Positions 16,955-24,059 of a DNA stretch of 24,059 nucleotides are shown piece by piece. The notes under the pieces were generated by a model. It was not told the DNA's origin and made no database searches. It saw nothing but the letters and a program-made list of their open reading frames with translations. A program made the translations under genes and the position numbers. Source of the DNA: a virus. Its lineage: Duplodnaviria > Caudoviricetes. The DNA is taken from positions 1 through 24,059 of the IMG/VR virus record IMGVR_UViG_3300037462_000125, one strand, 5' to 3'. The stretch's first letter is position 1, and the number at the start of each line of letters is the position of its first letter.

Positions 16955-19107
16955 TGGCAACGCAGGTGTATCGCCTGCAAGGCCCGGACGGCAAGGTCTA
17001 TCGCATCGAGGGGCCAGCCGGGGCGAGCGCTGCCGACATCGAGGCGTTCGCCGCGCAGGCCATTCCGAAGTTCAGCGCGCCGCGCGAAGAGCCGCCCACT
17101 GACGCCGCGACAGCAAACCTTGACCCGCGCGACTATCAGGCGCAGCGACGCCCGGCGCCGGCAACGGGTGTCCTCGGCAAGCTGCGCGAGGTGTATCGCG
17201 TCGGCCCGCTGGGGGGCGTGGTCCGCGGCGCACAAGACTTGATTGACGCGGGCGCGCAGCTCGCCGTGCGCGGCGGCCGTGCGGTCGGCTTGGCCGATGA
17301 CGCCGAAGTCAAGCGCGTTGACGACGCTGTGCGCCAGTCCAATGCGCAATACCTGTACGACACCGGCCGGCAGGCGGGCGATGTTGATGTCGCCCGCATC
17401 GGCGGCAACGTCGCGGCGACCACGGCGTTGCTCCCGGCGCGCTTGTTGCGCGGCGCCACGGCGGGACAGCGCGCGCTCAGCGGCGCGGCCATCGGTGCAG
17501 CGGGCGGCGCGTTGCAGCCCGTGACCGAAGGCGACTTCGCGGCCGAAAAGGCAAAGCAGATCGGCATGGGCGCGGTGGCGGGCGGCATCGCGTCGCCGGC
17601 AATCGAGGGCTTGGTGCGCGTGGCCGTGCCGGTGGTCAACACGGCGGCGAGTCTCATTCGCCGCGCGGGCTCGGCACTTCGCCCGCAGCAGTACGACAAC
17701 CTCGTCGCGCAGGCGCTTGAAGCGAACGGCATCAAGTGGTCCGACCTTGGCAAGCAAGCGCAGGACGCGATCCGGCAAGACGTTGTGCGCGCATTGCAAG
17801 CGGGCGGTCAAGCCGATGCAGAGGCGATTCGTCGCCTGGCAGACATTCGCGCGGTGGGTGCGACGCCGACGCGCGGCGCGGTATCGCTTGATCCGGTGCA
17901 AATCACCGCAGAGCGCAACCTTGCGAAGGCCGGCGCCAACAGCACAGATGAATCGCTGCAACGCCTGGCGCAGGTGGAGGCCGAGAACAATCGTGCGCTG
18001 ATCGGCCGACTCAACGCGCTGCAAGGCGGCAGTCCCGCGGACGAGTTCTCTACGGGCGCGCTGACCATCCGCGCACTGCAAGGCCGAGACGCGCAGGCGC
18101 AGAACACGGTGCGCGATCTGTACCGGCGCGCCGAAGACATGAACGCGGGCGCGATCACGCTCGACGGAACGCAGTTCGTCAACGTCGCGTCGCGCGCACT
18201 TGACGAGTCGCGTCGAGGCGCTTTCCTGCCCGGCCAAGTGCGCACGGTGATGCAGGAGATCGCCGAGCGGCAGCAGCGCGGCGTCCGGATGACGCTCAAC
18301 GATGTTGAGCAGCTACGCACGATTCTGGCCGCCGAGGCACGAAAAGCTGCGCGCAGTGGCGACGGCAATGCGCAGGCAGCCATCAGTGTGGTCCGCGACG
18401 CCTTGGAAGGCACGCCGACCGACTCGCTGCGCGGGGAGGCGGCGAACGCGGCGTTCAACCGCGCGCGCGCTGCGCACCGGGCGCGGATGCAGATGCGGGA
18501 GGAATCGCCCGCGCTGGCGGCGGCGCTCGACGGCGCCGAGCCGGATCAGTTCGTCCGCAAGTTCATCACCGGGCAGGGCGCGTCGGTCGCGGATGTCAAC
18601 GCGCTGCGTCGGTCGCTCGCCGGCAACCCGGAGGCCATGGATGCGGTGCGCGGCCAGATCATCAATCACCTGAAGAGCCGCGCGACCGGCGGCGCGGCGG
18701 ACGAGGTGGCGACGATCTCTCAGAAGCGACTGAACGACGCGATCAACGCGATTGGTGATCGCAAGCTCGCCGCGTTCTTCTCGCCCGAGGAGGTTGCGCA
18801 GATTCGGCAAGTGGGCCGAGTGGCGAGCTACCTGCAAGTGCAGCCGAAGGGTTCTGCGGTCAACAACAGCAACACCGCATCGGCTGCGCTCGGCGTCTTA
18901 GACCGCATCGTGGCGCGCGTGCCGTTCGGCGATGCGGCCATCCGAACGCCAATCCAGAACTTCACGCAGCAGCGTGAAGCGCGCAACGCGCTACTTCAGA
19001 CGCTCCCGGTGACGGGCGATGACTTCATCGATGACGCGGCGCGTAGTCGCATCGTCCGGCTCGTCGCGCCGCTCGGCGGAGCGCTTGGCGTGGCGGGCGC
19101 GCAGTAA
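16954..19107 (+). CDS. Large DNA ejection protein (gp16 position)
   Basis: TAATG overlap; N-terminal GPDGKVYRIEGPAGAS; Gly/Ala hydrophobic segments; C-terminal NNSNTA. Confidence 0.65.
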   Translation: MATQVYRLQGPDGKVYRIEGPAGASAADIEAFAAQAIPKFSAPREEPPTDAATANLDPRDYQAQRRPAPATGVLGKLREVYRVGPLGGVVRGAQDLIDAGAQLAVRGGRAVGLADDAEVKRVDDAVRQSNAQYLYDTGRQAGDVDVARIGGNVAATTALLPARLLRGATAGQRALSGAAIGAAGGALQPVTEGDFAAEKAKQIGMGAVAGGIASPAIEGLVRVAVPVVNTAASLIRRAGSALRPQQYDNLVAQALEANGIKWSDLGKQAQDAIRQDVVRALQAGGQADAEAIRRLADIRAVGATPTRGAVSLDPVQITAERNLAKAGANSTDESLQRLAQVEAENNRALIGRLNALQGGSPADEFSTGALTIRALQGRDAQAQNTVRDLYRRAEDMNAGAITLDGTQFVNVASRALDESRRGAFLPGQVRTVMQEIAERQQRGVRMTLNDVEQLRTILAAEARKAARSGDGNAQAAISVVRDALEGTPTDSLRGEAANAAFNRARAAHRARMQMREESPALAAALDGAEPDQFVRKFITGQGASVADVNALRRSLAGNPEAMDAVRGQIINHLKSRATGGAADEVATISQKRLNDAINAIGDRKLAAFFSPEEVAQIRQVGRVASYLQVQPKGSAVNNSNTASAALGVLDRIVARVPFGDAAIRTPIQNFTQQREARNALLQTLPVTGDDFIDDAARSRIVRLVAPLGGALGVAGAQ

Positions 19108-19167
19108 CTCCAAAACGATCATGACCACGGGAATGAGCACGATCGTCCAAAACTGCTGTTCGGTCAT
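18991..19167 (-). CDS. Small single-pass membrane protein (58 aa); candidate superinfection exclusion factor
   Basis: AGGTGA SD before ATG 19167; FWTIVLIPVVMIVLELL hydrophobic segment followed by a basic tail; fills the intergenic gap. Confidence 0.5.
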   Translation of the reverse strand: MTEQQFWTIVLIPVVMIVLELLRARHAKRSAERRDEPDDATTRRVIDEVIARHRERLK

Positions 19168-19189
19168 GGCGGTCACCTAGGGGCAGGAA

Positions 19190-20317
19190 ATGGCAAATGT
19201 AGCGCCTCCGGGCCTGACGCAGATTTTTGACAGCAACGGCAACCCCGCGGCCGGGTTTCTGCTCTACACGTATGACGCCGGCACCAGCACGCCGCGCACG
19301 ACGTGGAGCAATTCTGCCGAGACGGTGGCAAACGCCAATCCGGTGGTTCTGGACGCCTCGGGCCGGGCTCAAATCTTCTGGCGCGGGAATTATCGCGTCG
19401 AGCTGCGCACGCCGGCCAATGCGGTTGTGTGGTCACAAGACAATTTCAACGTGCCCGACCCGAGCGCGGCCACGTCGATTGTCTTCGCGAACGGCGCCGT
19501 CAGCACGCCGTCCGTGCGCTTCGCTCAGGCGACCTCCAGCGGCCTGTTCTCTCCGGCTGCAAACGTCGTCGCGATGTCGGTCAACGGCGTCGAGACGATG
19601 CGGTGGGCATCGGGCAACGTCGGCATCGGCGGCGTGCCGACGCAGCGACTCGATGTGTTCGGCACTGCGCGAGTTCAAGGCACACTGACGGTCACAACGG
19701 GCGGCGTCACGGTGACGGCAGGCGGCGTGACCGTGACTGCGGGCGGACTGACGGTGTCTGCCGGCGGCGCGGCCATCACTGGCAACAGTACGGTGACCGG
19801 CAATCTGACGGTGGCCTCGGGCGTGTTCGCCTCGCGCGGGTTCGCTGACAACGCGACGGCCGCGGCGTGGAATATCGACAGCGCGGGCAGGCTGCGGAAC
19901 AACGGCAGCACGCAGATCAGCTTCGCGGCGCGGCGCATCACGTCCAATCAATCGACGGCCGGTGCAGTGGTGTTTCAGGACGTGTCCTTTGCCGGCGGCC
20001 ACAACGTGGGCAGCGGGTACGACGTGGGCACCGGTGTTTTCACGGTGCCGACCGGCCAACAAGGCGTCTATCACTTCTGCGCCAACGTGGTGATCGACAA
20101 CACCAGCGGCGGCGACGCGAACCCCGGCTGCTACCTGCGCGTCAACGGCTCTGACATCGGCGCGAACTACGCGATCCGCACGGGCGTCGGCACCGCGTAC
20201 CCGTTCAATGTGTACCTGAATCTGGCGGCCGGCGACACCGTGCGCGTGCAATACAACGCCTCGATTGCGTCGGCGGTGCTGATCGGCTCAACCTTCTCGG
20301 GCAGGCAAGTCGGATGA
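19190..20317 (+). CDS. Tail fibre or tailspike with head-binding N-terminus and C1q-like C-terminal domain
   Basis: LYTYDAGTSTP...NPVVLDASGRA N-terminus; C-terminal SFAA...YDVGTGVFTVP...GVYHF...LAAGDTV...FSG. Confidence 0.8.
   Translation: MANVAPPGLTQIFDSNGNPAAGFLLYTYDAGTSTPRTTWSNSAETVANANPVVLDASGRAQIFWRGNYRVELRTPANAVVWSQDNFNVPDPSAATSIVFANGAVSTPSVRFAQATSSGLFSPAANVVAMSVNGVETMRWASGNVGIGGVPTQRLDVFGTARVQGTLTVTTGGVTVTAGGVTVTAGGLTVSAGGAAITGNSTVTGNLTVASGVFASRGFADNATAAAWNIDSAGRLRNNGSTQISFAARRITSNQSTAGAVVFQDVSFAGGHNVGSGYDVGTGVFTVPTGQQGVYHFCANVVIDNTSGGDANPGCYLRVNGSDIGANYAIRTGVGTAYPFNVYLNLAAGDTVRVQYNASIASAVLIGSTFSGRQVG
19685..19768 (+). repeat. Four 21-nt coding repeats (L/V-T-V-T/S-x-G-G)
   Basis: LTVTTGG VTVTAGG VTVTAGG LTVSAGG in the fibre shaft. 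Confidence 0.8.
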
Positions 20318-20559
20318 ACGATCTATCGAAATCCAGCGTTCTTGACGCGATCTTGCGTCGCAAACGGCCCGAGCCGGCGAAGAAGGACGAGGAGCCACAG
20401 AACGCGCTCAAGACGATGCGTAATCAGGTGTACGGCGGCGACACCTCGCGCGCTGCGTATCGCGAGTACGTCATCGAAACGCAGACCAGCGGGCAGGCGC
20501 CGATGTCGTTCGAGGAGTTTCGCAAGTCGCGCACCAGAAACGCGCTGAAGGCCGATTAA
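20314..20559 (+). CDS. Small basic hypothetical protein (81 aa)
   Basis: ATGA and TAATG coupling on both sides. Confidence 0.6.
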   Translation: MNDLSKSSVLDAILRRKRPEPAKKDEEPQNALKTMRNQVYGGDTSRAAYREYVIETQTSGQAPMSFEEFRKSRTRNALKAD

Positions 20560-20897
20560 TGACCGATATGGGTGTTGCAGAAGTCTTGCGCAAGTACGCC
20601 GAAGCGTTCGGCCTGCTGGGCGCACTGATCGGCCTGTCCTTCATCGAGCGGCTGACGATCGTGGCCGCCGTCCTGGCCGTCATGGCCGGCTTCGCGTTCG
20701 CGCTGGTCGGCGCGCCGATCGTCACGCACTACGTCGCGCCGCCGCCAGCCATCCGCGATCACGTCACCGCCGGCGCCGCGCTGGTGCTCGGCATCTGCGG
20801 GTTCGTCATCGCCGGCGCCATCCATGCGAGCGCGCGGCAGTTCAAGGACTGGCTGCCCGAGTTCATCCGAAAGCTGATCGAGCGGAGGGCGAGCTGA
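20559..20897 (+). CDS. Putative holin
   Basis: 112 aa, about 3 hydrophobic segments, basic C-terminus; first gene of the lysis region. Confidence 0.6.
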   Translation: MTDMGVAEVLRKYAEAFGLLGALIGLSFIERLTIVAAVLAVMAGFAFALVGAPIVTHYVAPPPAIRDHVTAGAALVLGICGFVIAGAIHASARQFKDWLPEFIRKLIERRAS

Positions 20898-21211
20898 TGC
20901 AGACGTTCCTGATGCTGATCTACGGCGCGGCGTGCACGGCGATCGGCTGGGCCGGCCTGCGGGCGCTGTACCGCATGTCGCCGCGCACACCTCACGTGCG
21001 GCGCGCGGCCTTCCTCCTGATGACGCTCGGCGCAGCCTGCGGCTACATCGAGGCACTGCGCGGGCTGCCACCGCAGGCCTCGGCGCTGTTCATCGTGGTC
21101 GGCGCCGGCCTGCTGCTTCTCGTCGGCGCACGCGGCGGCGGCACGCGCCAGCGCTCCAGCCGTTCTCCGCTGCCACCGCCCACCCTGCGCGACAGCGCCT
21201 TCCACCGATAG
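20897..21211 (+). CDS. Small multi-pass membrane protein (holin/antiholin-like)
   Basis: 3 hydrophobic segments and an Arg-rich tail; TGATG coupled. Confidence 0.55.
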   Translation: MQTFLMLIYGAACTAIGWAGLRALYRMSPRTPHVRRAAFLLMTLGAACGYIEALRGLPPQASALFIVVGAGLLLLVGARGGGTRQRSSRSPLPPPTLRDSAFHR

Positions 21212-21222
21212 GACCCGACACC

Positions 21223-21639
21223 ATGCGTTCACTTGCCCGCGGCTTCACCCTGATCGAACTGATGATCGTCGTCGCGATCGTCGCCATCCTGGCGGCTATC
21301 GCGGTCCCGCAGTACCAGAACTACACGGTGCGCGCGCGCGTGACCGAAGGGCTGAGCCTGGCCAGCGCCGCGAAGGCGGCGGTCGCCGAGACGTTCCAGT
21401 CGCAGAACGCCTTTCCGACCTCGAATGCGGACGCCGGGCTGCCGGCCACGATCAGCGGGCCCGATGTCGCCTCGGTCGAGGTCGGCGCGGCCGGCGTCAT
21501 CACGATCACCTTCGCCACAGCACGCGTGCCGGGCGGCGGATCGGTGCTGTTGACGCCGACGAGCACGGCCGGCTCGATCACCTGGGTCTGCGGTGGCGGC
21601 TCGCTGGTCAACGCCTACCGGCCGGCGACGTGCCGCTGA
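21223..21639 (+). CDS. pilA: Type IVa major pilin (PilA-like)
   Basis: MRSLARG|[37 protein letters not shown]: class III signal peptide with G-1, F+1, E+5 and P22. C-terminal disulfide loop WVC...PATCR. AGGA SD. Confidence 0.93.
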   Translation: MRSLARGFTLIELMIVVAIVAILAAIAVPQYQNYTVRARVTEGLSLASAAKAAVAETFQSQNAFPTSNADAGLPATISGPDVASVEVGAAGVITITFATARVPGGGSVLLTPTSTAGSITWVCGGGSLVNAYRPATCR

Positions 21640-21779
21640 TTCGCTTCGTCCTGGCGGCGGTGCTGTGCGGCGGTTACATGCTGGCCGCGCAGGACGCGCA
21701 GCCGTGGTTCATCTCGATCTGCGTGGCGGCGCTCGTCGGCTCGATGCTGCTGCCGGCAGACGACGAGCGCGAGTGGTAG
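21630..21779 (+). CDS. 49-aa two-TM membrane peptide (not in the ORF track)
   Basis: GTG overlapping the pilin end; translation [49 protein letters not shown]; exactly fills the gap. Confidence 0.55.
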   Translation: MPLIRFVLAAVLCGGYMLAAQDAQPWFISICVAALVGSMLLPADDEREW

Positions 21780-21789
21780 GGCGCGGCCG

Positions 21790-22242
21790 ATGCAGCGGAC
21801 GGTGCGGCTGATCCGCGCGGCGCTCGATGACGACGCGCAGGGCACCTTCGGCGGCCTGTTCCTCGACGGCGCGTTGCTCGGCCACACGATCGAACTGCCG
21901 TGGCGCGAGAACGCGCGGCAGGTCTCGTGCATCCCGACCGGCACCTATCGCGTCCGCTGGTCGCGCTCGCCGCGCCTGCGCCGGTTCACCTACGAGATCC
22001 TGGACGTGCCCGGACGCGATGGTATCCGCGTGCACGAGGGCAACTTTGCGGGCGACAAGGCGGCCGGCTTCGATTCGCACTCGCTCGGCTGCCCGCTGGT
22101 CGGCCAGCGCGCCGGCCACCTGAAGAACCGCGCCGGCCAGTGGCAGCGCGCGGTGCTGCTGTCGGCCGTCACCTTGCGGCGCATCGAGGATCGCCTCGAC
22201 CGCCGCGACTTCGTGCTTGAGGTGTCCCATGCCCATCCTTGA
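21790..22242 (+). CDS. DUF5675-like putative endolysin (L,D-transpeptidase-like)
   Basis: GTFG, TIELPW, SCIPTGTY, VPGRDGIRVHEGN and SLGCPLVG (His/Cys); position in the lysis module. Confidence 0.75.
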   Translation: MQRTVRLIRAALDDDAQGTFGGLFLDGALLGHTIELPWRENARQVSCIPTGTYRVRWSRSPRLRRFTYEILDVPGRDGIRVHEGNFAGDKAAGFDSHSLGCPLVGQRAGHLKNRAGQWQRAVLLSAVTLRRIEDRLDRRDFVLEVSHAHP

Positions 22243-22762
22243 AATCGCGTCGGCCGTGCTCGGCATCGGCGGCGGTCTGGTGCAGCGCTGGCTTCAGGCG
22301 CGCGAGACGCGCGAGAAAGCCGAGTTCGATCTGAAGGCGCAGCAGGCGCGCCAGTCGTTCGACCTGGCGATGCGCGACAAGGACCATCAGTACATGCTGG
22401 CCGAGGCGGCGAACGCGATTGCGCTGGCCGAAGTGAACGCGGCCAAGGAGCGCGACGTGGCCGGCTACCAGGCGCTGACCGCGAGCTACGCGGCCGATCG
22501 CGCGACCTACTCGTCCGAGCGCGAGCTGAGCGGCGGGCAGCTCTGGCTGCTCGTGCTCGTGGACTTCGCGCGCGGCATTACGCGGCCCGGCCTGTCCTGG
22601 CTGCTGGTGGCGTTCCTCGGCTGGCTGCTGTGGTCGCTGCCAGCCGCATCGGATGAACTGCAGACGGTGATTGATTCGGTGCGCGCGCTGGCGAGCACGG
22701 CCGTCGGTTGGTGGTTCGCGTCGCGGCAGTCGACCGGGCCGGGCGGCAAGCGGGGTGCGTAA
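22229..22762 (+). CDS. Holin-like membrane protein (3TM holin type)
   Basis: GAGG SD, ATG 22229; N-terminal amphipathic helix, coiled coil, RGITRPGLSW and AVGWWFASR. Confidence 0.6.
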   Translation: MPILEIASAVLGIGGGLVQRWLQARETREKAEFDLKAQQARQSFDLAMRDKDHQYMLAEAANAIALAEVNAAKERDVAGYQALTASYAADRATYSSERELSGGQLWLLVLVDFARGITRPGLSWLLVAFLGWLLWSLPAASDELQTVIDSVRALASTAVGWWFASRQSTGPGGKRGA

Positions 22763-22975
22763 GTGGCGAAGATGGTCACGCCCGGCGACGAGGTCGACAT
22801 GCTGCGGCTTGGCGACCTGTGCACGGCGGCGGCTGAGCAGCTAGTCGGCGCCGCTGCCGATCCCCGCGCGCACCGCATCGACCTGTACCGGCCGGTGGTG
22901 ATCGACGGGCGGACGCTGTTCGTCAGGGTGAAGCTGACGGTGGCGTTTGTGGGCGGGGCCGCTTCGCAGACCTGA
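22763..22975 (+). CDS. Hypothetical protein (70 aa)
   Basis: GTG immediately after the upstream TAA; codon usage like the flanking genes. Confidence 0.5.
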   Translation: MAKMVTPGDEVDMLRLGDLCTAAAEQLVGAAADPRAHRIDLYRPVVIDGRTLFVRVKLTVAFVGGAASQT

Positions 22976-23247
22976 CCCAGGCGCGCGGCTGTGGAGCGCG
23001 CGAGCACGGCAGCGCGCTGACCTACCGTTCGTCGGCTGGCGTTCGATTCCTCTCGATAGAGCGCAGAGAAGAGGACACATGCGAGGCCGGCTTTCTGCCT
23101 GCTTCCCGTACCCGCGTGGCCGCCAGTCGCGTAGGCAAAGTGGGCTGCAAGGCGCGGCCACTTCCGCCGCTCCCCGTCTCATCCGTGAGTGTTCGCATCG
23201 GGAGTCTCACCCTAGCGGCCGGTTCTGCATGTGCGCTCATCGCTGCA

Positions 23248-23334
23248 ATCTAACCCTGCGTTGGAGCGGACAGCCCACGGCCGTCCTTGGTTGTTGAAGT
23301 GTTGAGCGGGCCGCCGCTCAACTCCACGTTAGGC
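23248..23334 (+). mobile_element. attC: Integron attC site 1 (87 nt)
   Basis: ATCTAAC, 5-nt spacer, GTT[G]GAGCGG[A]C ... GCCGCTCAAC, 5-nt spacer, GTTAGGC. Confidence 0.8.
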
Positions 23335-23843
23335 GCTTGCCGCGAACTCGAACAGTGAGGCTTGTCCACGGTTGTCGTCCAGCGGTCGCGCCGGCTTCGG
23401 CATGTCTTCCGGCAGCAGTTGCAGCGCAATCAGCCCGCCCTTCGTCATGCCGCACGTCTTGAATCCTGCCCCCGCAGGTAGCAGCGTCCGGGGTCCCTCT
23501 TCTTGCGGGTCTTTGTCGCGTCCACGAACGTAATCATCCCGAGCGCGGGCGCCGGCCCGTACTCGTCCAACGTCGCGGCCACGGCCTCGCGGATGAGTTC
23601 GCTGCTCAGGTGCGCGCTCTCGTTCCTGAACGCGCTGCAAACCCATGCGCCAGCCCATGCGTGCCGCACGTACTCCGCGAACGGCCAGCTTGTGATCCAG
23701 AACGCATCAAGCTCGGCGGTCTTCAGCACCAGGCATCGGCCAGGGGGAGCGAACTGCGGGCTCCCGATCTTCTGCCGGTTGTAGTGGCGGTCAGCCAGCG
23801 GCACTACTTCCGCGTCCGCTCGGTGGCTCCTAATCCATCTCAT
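23329..23843 (-). pseudogene. Frameshifted cassette gene; phage hypothetical protein, possibly Mom-like/GNAT-fold
   Basis: GAGAGGA SD and ATG 23843 (MRWIRSHRAD...PGRCYLR). Reading continues in another frame (AGFKTCGMTKGGL...) across a G5 run at 23469-23473; stop TAA lies in the attC core. Confidence 0.6.
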
Positions 23844-23870
23844 GCCTACAGTCCTCTCGTTCAAACACGC

Positions 23871-23941
23871 GCCTAACAAGCCGGTCAAGGGCGACACGTC
23901 ACGGCTTCGCCGCGCCGTGCGCCTCACCGGCAACGTTAGGC
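23871..23941 (+). mobile_element. attC: Integron attC site 2 (71 nt)
   Basis: GCCTAAC, 5-nt spacer, GGT[C]AAGG ... CCTCACC, 6-nt spacer, GTTAGGC; extrahelical C on top (G on bottom strand) as in canonical attC. Confidence 0.85.
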
Positions 23942-23945
23942 CCCA

Positions 23946-24059
23946 TCAATCCCAACCGCGCTCAGGCAGCGGGCCTCTGGCATAGGCGGCTTCGTTCTGC
24001 CGTATCTCTTCCAAGTGCTTGAGCCAATCCGTGTCGCTCCAACCGACCGGTGTCGGTGG
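23946..24059 (-). CDS. 3' end of the next cassette gene (truncated by the window)
   Basis: Open frame ...VGWSDTDWLKHLEEIRQNEAAYARGPLPERGWD* ending 5 nt from the attC2 core. Confidence 0.5.
   Translation of the reverse strand, partial: PPTPVGWSDTDWLKHLEEIRQNEAAYARGPLPERGWD

Noticed and set aside
19190-20559. Possible diversity-generating retroelement target in the tail fibre
   Set aside because: No reverse transcriptase or template repeat seen in the window.
22995-23018. AGCGCGC/GCGCGCT hairpin after the last + strand gene as a terminator
   Set aside because: No U-tract on either strand, and such GC palindromes are common at this composition.
23030-23060. GTTCGATTCC resembling a tRNA T-loop or a degenerate attC core
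   Set aside because: Flanks do not form a T-stem or cloverleaf, and there is no convincing attC arm pairing.
23022-23240. 72-aa minus-strand ORF starting just after attC1
   Set aside because: No SD and no recognisable motif; may be a cassette remnant but cannot be supported as a gene.

Overview
High-GC (proteobacterial-type) P22-like podophage or prophage segment, almost entirely on the + strand. Order: end of a DnaB/Twinkle-type helicase, DUF1376-type initiator with an internal iteron origin, small genes, RusA, GNAT, TerS, TerL, HTH, portal, two extra structural genes, scaffold, P22-type coat, head-tail adaptor, gp10-like hub, Gly-rich fibre, cupin-like gene, three ejection proteins, C1q-tipped fibre and a lysis module. 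The window ends in converging minus-strand genes separated by integron attC sites. Main points of interest: (1) a complete type IVa major pilin inside the lysis module; (2) an attC cassette array at the phage end with genes inverted relative to attC; (3) a palindromic GCCGA-N4-TCGGCC motif at a fixed distance from -10-like hexamers before three late modules, next to an HTH gene; (4) an antisense membrane peptide at the P22 sieA position; (5) a recurring NAL tripeptide in the ejection proteins. All family calls come from motif recognition and synteny; no database searches were run.
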